Source: Dictyostelium discoideum
Lineage: Eukaryota
Reading direction: 5' to 3'
Assembly: GCA_000004695.1 (NCBI GenBank)
Contig: CH709152.1
Location: 1 to 4,050 of the forward strand
Length of the DNA: 4,050 nt
Below, piece after piece: positions 1-4,050 of this stretch. The notes beneath the pieces were generated by a model that searched no databases, was not told the origin of the DNA, and saw nothing but the letters and a program-made list of their open reading frames with translations. Both the position numbers and the translations under genes were made by a program. How positions within the stretch are numbered: position 1 is the first letter of the stretch; every line of letters starts with the position of its first letter.

Positions 1-96
1 ATCCCATGAGTTTTGTTTATTATTATTTTTAAGTCTTTTATATGTGAGATGATTATTATTAATTAAATGACTTTGAGTTTTTTTTTTTATTTTTCT

Positions 97-273
97 ATGC
101 CCAAAATTACCATATTAATTTCAGCAGCCATATTAATTTCAGCCTAAAATAGTTGGTCTGTGCATGCCAAAATTAATATGGCTGCTGAAATTAATATGGT
201 AATTCTAGCAGACATAAGTCCCATGCCAAAATTACCATATTAATTTCAGCAGCCATATTAATTTTGGCATGGG
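97..273. repeat. Cluster of three copies (A, B, C) of a ~40-55 bp palindromic element arranged direct / inverted / direct. A is a 35-bp perfect inverted repeat with B, and B is a 42-bp perfect inverted repeat with C. C is itself a palindrome with 13-bp arms.
   Basis: A at 101-139 (ccaaaattaccatattaatttcagcagccatattaattt) is identical to C at 226-264. B at 163-205 (catgccaaaattaatatggctgctgaaattaatatggtaatt) is the exact reverse complement of C at 230-271. C at 219-273 reads tcccatgccaaaatta|ccatattaatttcagcagccatat|taattttggcatggg, with perfectly complementary arms catgccaaaatta and taattttggcatg. The core contains a direct duplication ccatattaatttcagc / agccatattaatttcagc. Confidence 0.85.
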
Positions 274-697
274 ACACACACTACTACTATGATTCAACCA
301 AATCAATATTCAACATTTAAATTAGAATTAATAGTATTAAAACAAGAATTTTCATTAATGTTCATTAAATTTAGAACGTAGTTTGAAATCATAGAATCAT
401 GACCCAACCACTGACTAGTAGTTTAAATCCATTCTCAAGTAATCATTCCAAATTATCACCACCAGCACCAAATGCAACATCAACTACAACATCAAATCAG
501 CAGCATCTCAATCGAAACAATTGCAGCTCATGAATCAATTCTTACTCTTCAAATCTAGCCAGTAAATGGTATCTCTGAAAATGAGACAAAATCTCAACAA
601 GCCACCCCAGAGAATTAGATTAGAGCTCTGAAGTTGATTGATGCAACCCATTGTTATCACAGGTGGTAAATCTGTAACAATATTTTCAACCATATGG

Positions 698-862
698 TTA
701 ATATGAATAAATTTTATTATCTATAATTAAAGGTTGTTGATTTAATCTATCGTTATTATTAAATTTATCTATTGATAAATCTAGTAGTATATCTCTTATC
801 TCGTCTAATCTTTTTTTTGCAGTTTTTTGTGAAATTTTAAAAATAAATGATAAATTATCCAT
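698..862 (-). CDS. Candidate small ORF of 54 aa: MDNLSFIFKISQKTAKKRLDEIRDILLDLSIDKFNNNDRLNQQPLIIDNKIYSY. It is speculative.
   Basis: Hand translation of the minus strand from the ATG at 862..860 to the TAA at 700..698. An in-frame stop lies 18 codons upstream. The sequence is protein-like rather than homopolymeric. The ORF is below the 60-aa cut-off of the supplied track. No homology or expression evidence is available. Confidence 0.15.
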   Translation of the reverse strand: MDNLSFIFKISQKTAKKRLDEIRDILLDLSIDKFNNNDRLNQQPLIIDNKIYSY

Positions 863-1050
863 AGTAGGATAATTTTTTATAAAATAAAAAAATAATAATT
901 TGAAATTTTTATTTTATTTTATTTTTCTTCGTTTATTGATCCATATATTTTAATAAAGGAAATTTTATCTACCCAAAATAAGGAGCGAAATTCCCTTTAA
1001 TATATTCTCTAAGGAATTATATGTTTCCATTCTTTAATAATAATTCATTA

Positions 1051-1098
1051 AAATTAAAAAAAAAAAAAAAATTTAAAAAAAATAAAAAAAAAAAAAAA
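1051..1098. repeat. A-rich block containing two A15 homopolymers, at 1056-1070 and 1084-1098.
   Basis: Direct read. Confidence 0.9.
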
Positions 1099-1194
1099 CT
1101 TTTAAAATTGAATATAAAAATGGTGATAATTATGCCATTATTGAATTTGTACTCTATGATAAATTTAATGGTCAAGAAATTTTAAACAAATGGG

Positions 1195-1196
<2 letters not shown>

Positions 1197-1235
<39 letters not shown>
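1197..1235. repeat. T39 homopolymer, extendable to about 1240 with one interruption.
   Basis: Direct read of 39 consecutive T, then a, then tttt. Confidence 0.95.
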
Positions 1236-1237
<2 letters not shown>

Positions 1238-1380
1238 TTTTCTTTAATTTTACTGGCAATTAATATCTATCACACCACCAAAAAAAATACCCCATAATTT
1301 ACATTCCTTTTAAAAAATTATGTAAAATGTATGTAAATTCATATTATTTTTTGAGTAGTTTTTTAATTTTTTAAGTTGTC

Positions 1381-1614
1381 GTGGAATTTTTTTATTTTAT
1401 TTTTTTTTGTTTTTTTATTTTGTTTTTTTTTTTTTTATTTATTTTTTTTAATTTTTTATTTTCATTAATCCAAAAGGCTTTAAGTATCGATTTCTCTTTT
1501 ATTTATTCTATTATATTATGTTCTAATTTTTGTTGTAGACTTGTTCCGCAACTACAACATTAACTGTGTCACACCCAAACAAATAAAATTAAAAAAAAGA
1601 TAAAAATAATAATA
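1381..1614 (+). promoter_or_regulatory. Putative promoter and 5' UTR of the 1615 gene: an oligo(dT)-rich block at about 1383-1470, then an A-rich leader into the ATG.
   Basis: Dictyostelium promoters characteristically carry oligo(dT) stretches just upstream of the transcription start and an A-rich leader, which is established knowledge. Here T-runs span 1383-1470 and aaaaaaaagataaaaataataataATG precedes the start. A TA-rich TATA-like sequence sits at about 1318-1345 (tatgtaaaatgtatgtaaattcatatt). No exact TSS can be called. Confidence 0.3.
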
Positions 1615-3597
1615 ATGTCAACAAAAAAAAAAATTAAAACAGATAATAATAATAAAATATTTCAAGATTTTATTGATTTTGAAATTTTAAGATCTTTAAT
1701 CAATTATTTATTAATCAACAAAACAAATAATAATAATAATAATAATAATAAATATAAAATTAGTAAATTTTATTTACATAGAAATGAAATATTGAATTAT
1801 ATATTAGTTTCAAAAAAGTGGTATAATTTTATATCATTAACAATATCAAATAATATTATTAATAATAAATCATTTGAACATTGGTTAAAAATTAATAATA
1901 ATAATAATAATAAATCATTTACTAAAAATTATAATAATCAAAATCGATATGATAAAAATAATTTAATTTTTAATAACAAATATAGTAAAAATAAAATTGG
2001 TTTTAATAAAGAATTTTCAATTATAAAAATCAAAGAATCAATAATCAAAGATTATTTTAAATTCAATTTATTTTTAAGTAATATTACAATTGATGATTTT
2101 AAAGAAATTAAAAATAAATTTGAAAATAATCAATTAGTTTATAATAGAATTGTTGTTGATATTAAAACTGGCTATTATGGTGAAGGGAATCAAGATGAAA
2201 TTTTATTTAAAATACATGAATATGTATCAAATGAAAATTCAGAAATCATATCAAATTTATTTAAAATATTAGAATTAAATCATGATTTTATGATAATCGA
2301 TGACTTTCATCCAAAATCTAAAGAAGAGGATGAAGAGGATGAGGAGGATGATGAAAATGATAAAGGTAGTAAGAAATGTACTGAAATATATTTAAATAAT
2401 TTATTGGTTTCCGGTTATGATCTAACTATGGATGAGGATGAAGATAGAGAATCATTAAAGATATTCAAAATATTTAAAAGTAAAAATATATTTTATGATG
2501 GGTCTGGTATTGCTAGTGATATTCCAACACATGTCAATTATTCAGCATTGTTTGATCCTGATAATTCAGGTCAACAAGTTGAATCGATTAAAGTAAAAAA
2601 TGAACTTGAAGATCCTGATTTTGTAGAACCACTCCATTTAATCAAAGTTAATCAATTTAAAAATTTACATTCAATTACAATACCAATTAATTCATTTCAA
2701 ATATTATCAAACTTATCCGAAGAAATGGGATATTTTAGTATCGATTGTTTTAAATCTGGTTTTGGTCTTTCAGATAATATGAAATCAGAATTAAATCAAA
2801 TGATCAATTCATTCATTACAAGTAAATCTTTAAAAAATTTAAAAATAACATCTATTAGTACAAAAGAAGATCCAATTGATTATGATGCTTATTATGATGA
2901 AGGTGATCTTCAAACTTTTATGAATCAAATAAATGAACCTAAAGAATCATTTTCAAATTGTTTCAAACCATTATTTTCAGAATTAAATACATCAATTGAA
3001 AGAATTGAATTTGATTGTTGCGGTTTATTAAATATCAATACATTTTCAAATTTATTAAATAATAAATCAATTAAATATTTATATTTATATGATAGTGATT
3101 TCTTTTTTTCTTCATTAAAAACAAGTGATGGTGGTAGTGATGATTGTGGTATTGATGATGATGGTGGTAGTGATGATTGTGGTATTGATGATGATGGTGG
3201 TAGTGATGATTGTGATGCATATCAAAAAATTATTTCCATTAATCAATATCTATTTGAAAATATATTTTCATCACCATTAACATCAATTAGACATTACAGA
3301 ATTAAATTCAAAGAATTAGATGAATTAAAATTCATATTTAATTTAATATTAAATAATATTTTTAAATTACAATTATATTCATTAATATTTGAATTCAATG
3401 AAAACGAATTAGTTTATGAATTTGTTAAAGAATTTAAAAATTTAATAAATAATATTTCAATACAAGAACAACAACAACAACAACAAAAATCAAACAACAT
3501 AAATTTAAAAGAAATTAAAATTATAATAAATGATGACTGTTTAGAAGAATTAAATAATCCATATTTCAAAACAACAATAAAGAATAGCCCATATTAA
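1615..3597 (+). CDS. Asn/Gln/acidic-rich protein, 660 aa, single exon. It has an F-box-like N-terminus and loosely leucine-rich-repeat-like C-terminal segments. The product is tentative.
   Basis: Uninterrupted 1983-nt ORF in an otherwise stop-dense, AT-rich window. The start sits in an A-rich context (aataataataATGtca), which is typical of Dictyostelium. Codon usage is host-like (aat, caa, tta, aga, ggt, gat). The N-terminus, 'FEILRSLINYLL ... EILNYILVSKKWYNFIS', resembles the F-box consensus (LPxEIL..I...L ... LVCKRWxxLI), split here by an (N)8 tract. The C-terminal segments 'IERIEFDCCGLLNINTFSNLL' and 'FKNLHSITIPINSFQILSNL' have LxxLxLxxC/N-like spacing. It ends in TAA, followed by an A34 tract. 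Confidence 0.8.
   Translation: MSTKKKIKTDNNNKIFQDFIDFEILRSLINYLLINKTNNNNNNNNKYKISKFYLHRNEILNYILVSKKWYNFISLTISNNIINNKSFEHWLKINNNNNNKSFTKNYNNQNRYDKNNLIFNNKYSKNKIGFNKEFSIIKIKESIIKDYFKFNLFLSNITIDDFKEIKNKFENNQLVYNRIVVDIKTGYYGEGNQDEILFKIHEYVSNENSEIISNLFKILELNHDFMIIDDFHPKSKEEDEEDEEDDENDKGSKKCTEIYLNNLLVSGYDLTMDEDEDRESLKIFKIFKSKNIFYDGSGIASDIPTHVNYSALFDPDNSGQQVESIKVKNELEDPDFVEPLHLIKVNQFKNLHSITIPINSFQILSNLSEEMGYFSIDCFKSGFGLSDNMKSELNQMINSFITSKSLKNLKITSISTKEDPIDYDAYYDEGDLQTFMNQINEPKESFSNCFKPLFSELNTSIERIEFDCCGLLNINTFSNLLNNKSIKYLYLYDSDFFFSSLKTSDGGSDDCGIDDDGGSDDCGIDDDGGSDDCDAYQKIISINQYLFENIFSSPLTSIRHYRIKFKELDELKFIFNLILNNIFKLQLYSLIFEFNENELVYEFVKEFKNLINNISIQEQQQQQQKSNNINLKEIKIIINDDCLEELNNPYFKTTIKNSPY
1654..1842 (+). 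other. F-box-like motif region within the CDS, aa 14-76, interrupted by a poly-Asn insertion.
   Basis: aa 22-33 'FEILRSLINYLL' and aa 58-75 'EILNYILVSKKWYNFISL' match the two halves of the F-box consensus. Between them lies 'INKTNNNNNNNNKYKISKFYLHRN'. The VSKKW motif is recurrent in Dictyostelium F-box-like proteins. This rests on established knowledge of the family and no HMM search was possible. Confidence 0.4.
1726..1749 (+). repeat. (AAT)8 microsatellite in frame, encoding poly-Asn N38-N45.
   Basis: Direct read of aataataataataataataataat, in frame with the 1615 ORF. Confidence 0.9.
1894..1911 (+). repeat. (AAT)6 microsatellite in frame, encoding a second poly-Asn run.
   Basis: Direct read of attaataataataataataataaatca, translating as I N N N N N N K S. 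Confidence 0.9.
2323..2358 (+). repeat. Acidic tract EEDEEDEEDDEND, built from imperfect 9-bp gaagaggat-type repeats.
   Basis: gaagaggatgaagaggatgaggaggatgatgaaaatgat. The first two 9-mers are identical and the third differs by one base. Confidence 0.8.
3127..3216 (+). repeat. Perfect 33-bp tandem repeat, about 2.7 copies, in frame and encoding DGGSDDCGIDD three times.
   Basis: gatggtggtagtgatgattgtggtattgatgat occurs at 3127-3159 and again, identically, at 3160-3192. A third partial copy, gatggtggtagtgatgattgtgat, runs from 3193 to about 3216. The protein reads SDGGSDDCGIDDDGGSDDCGIDDDGGSDDCDAY. Confidence 0.95.
3463..3486 (+). repeat. CAA-repeat tract encoding QEQQQQQQ (short poly-Gln).
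   Basis: caagaacaacaacaacaacaacaa, in frame. Confidence 0.9.
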
Positions 3598-3606
3598 CCA
3601 TCAGTA

Positions 3607-3611
<5 letters not shown>

Positions 3612-3645
<34 letters not shown>
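3612..3645. repeat. A34 homopolymer immediately 3' of the gene's stop codon. It is encoded in the genome, not a cDNA tail.
   Basis: Direct read of 34 consecutive A starting 15 nt after the TAA. Confidence 0.95.
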
Positions 3646-3648
<3 letters not shown>

Positions 3649-3680
3649 AAACTTGTTTTCAAACATACTCTTTAATATTA

Positions 3681-3734
3681 ACAAATAATGTCAACAAATA
3701 AATTAAAAAACAGATAATAATAATACAATATTTT
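3681..3734 (+). pseudogene. Degenerate duplicate of the 5' end of the 1615 gene (leader plus first ~16 codons). It now reads ATG TCA ACA AAT AAA TTA AAA AAC AGA TAA, a 9-aa ORF.
   Basis: 3682-3734 (caaataATGtcaacaaataaattaaaaaacagataataataatacaatatttt) aligns to 1609-1670 (ataataATGtcaacaaaaaaaaaaattaaaacagataataataataaaatatttcaag). The blocks ataATGtcaacaaa, aaattaaaa and cagataataataata are shared, at roughly 85% identity. Weaker similarity extends upstream, where cttgtt...aacaaataa occurs both at 1540-1588 and at 3652-3687. Confidence 0.45.
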
Positions 3735-3839
3735 AAAATTTAATTTTTTTTTTTTTTTTTTTATATAAATAAATAATTTACCTTTTGATTTGGAAATATA
3801 ATTTATTTTATTTTGTTTGTTGTAGGGAATTTTCCATAA

Positions 3840-3900
3840 AATTTCACTACAGTAGCGTAGTGAATTTTATTATTTAATTTCACTACAGTAGCGTAGTGAA
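3840..3900. repeat. Two perfect copies of the 25-bp motif aatttcactacagtagcgtagtgaa, at 3840-3864 and 3876-3900 (period 36 bp). Each copy contains the dyad cactac-agtagc-gtagtg.
   Basis: Direct read. cactac and gtagtg are reverse complements, and ctac/gtag is nested inside. This is the only GC-containing island in an otherwise >85% AT intergenic stretch. Confidence 0.9.
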
Positions 3901-4022
3901 AAAAAAAAATCACTGACCTTAAATTTTTTTTTTTTTCAAAAAACAAATAAAGTTTATTAAATTGAAATTTTATTTTTTGTTTTAATTATTATTTTATTTA
4001 TTTTTATTATAATTATTGTTAA

Positions 4023-4050
4023 TTTTTTTTTTTTTTTTTTTTTTTTTTTT
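4023..4050. repeat. T28+ homopolymer running off the window edge.
   Basis: Direct read. Confidence 0.95.

Noticed and set aside
399-533. 44-codon ATG..TGA ORF on the plus strand in the GC-elevated block (MTQPLTSSLNPF...).
   Set aside because: It is short, low-complexity (S/T/P/N-rich), and uses codons unlike the neighbouring bona fide gene. Every other frame nearby is also fragmented. It is better explained as a decayed remnant or chance than as a gene.
985-997. Shared 8-mer GGGAATTT between 985-997 (minus strand, aagggaatttcgc) and 3825-3835 (gggaattttcc), reminiscent of a kappaB-like site.
   Set aside because: Two occurrences of an 8-mer in 4 kb are within reach of chance. Dictyostelids lack Rel/NF-kB factors. 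I list it only as a weak possible motif.
1113-1180. 21-codon ORF atggtgataattatgccattattgaatttgtactctatgataaatttaatggtcaagaaattttaa.
   Set aside because: It is too short, sits between A- and T-homopolymers, and has no supporting signal.
1381-1563. 60-aa ORF in the supplied track (MEFFYFIFFCFFILFFFFLFIFFNFLF...).
   Set aside because: It is the translation of oligo(dT) promoter DNA, almost pure Phe, Leu and Ile from TTT/TTA/ATT codons. It has no plausible start context and lies in the T-rich upstream region of the real gene. It is a frame artefact.
1615-3597. Possibility that the long ORF contains an intron or is only one exon of a longer gene.
   Set aside because: The frame is open end to end. 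There is a good A-rich ATG context and an upstream oligo(dT) block. No GTAAGT...AG intron-like AT-rich interruption is needed to maintain the frame. An upstream non-coding 5' exon cannot be excluded without RNA data.
1-4050. Prokaryotic accessory or defence system (CRISPR, toxin-antitoxin, restriction-modification and similar).
   Set aside because: There are no short regularly spaced direct repeats with unique spacers, no operon-like dense gene packing and no Shine-Dalgarno contexts. Composition, homopolymer tracts, codon usage and the poly-N/poly-Q protein architecture are those of a dictyostelid nuclear genome.
1-4050. tRNA gene. I searched because Dictyostelium TRE retroelements target tRNA genes and a repeat cluster is present.
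   Set aside because: There is no GGTTCGAATCC-like B-box, no A-box and no cloverleaf-compatible GC-rich ~72-nt segment anywhere in the window.

Overview
This window reads as a eukaryotic nuclear locus, most likely from a dictyostelid social amoeba (Dictyostelium-like), not a prokaryotic island. Intergenic DNA is extremely AT-rich, with dA and dT homopolymers of 28-39+ nt. The coding sequence is full of AAT (Asn), CAA (Gln) and GAT/GAA runs and uses tta, aga, ggt and gat codons. One convincing gene is present: a 660-aa single-exon ORF at 1615..3597 (+). It has an F-box-like N-terminus interrupted by a poly-Asn insertion and loosely LRR-like C-terminal segments. It also carries an acidic EED tract, a perfect 33-bp in-frame tandem repeat encoding DGGSDDCGIDD about 2.7 times, and a short poly-Gln run. 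The first ~880 bp are different. They hold a cluster of three copies of a ~40-55 bp palindromic element in alternating orientation at 97..273, followed by a GC-elevated block with no long ORF at 280..700. Together these look like the edge of a decayed mobile element or a hairpin-forming structure, but I cannot assign a family from sequence alone. About 90 bp downstream of the gene's stop there is a degenerate copy of the gene's own promoter-proximal region plus its first ~16 codons at about 3652..3734, pointing to a truncated tandem paralogue. Further downstream, at 3840..3900, a GC-containing 25-bp motif with internal dyad symmetry occurs twice. No tRNA, rRNA, CRISPR or prokaryotic defence-system signatures are visible. 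The notable observations are the eukaryotic repeat architecture and this gene-family structure.
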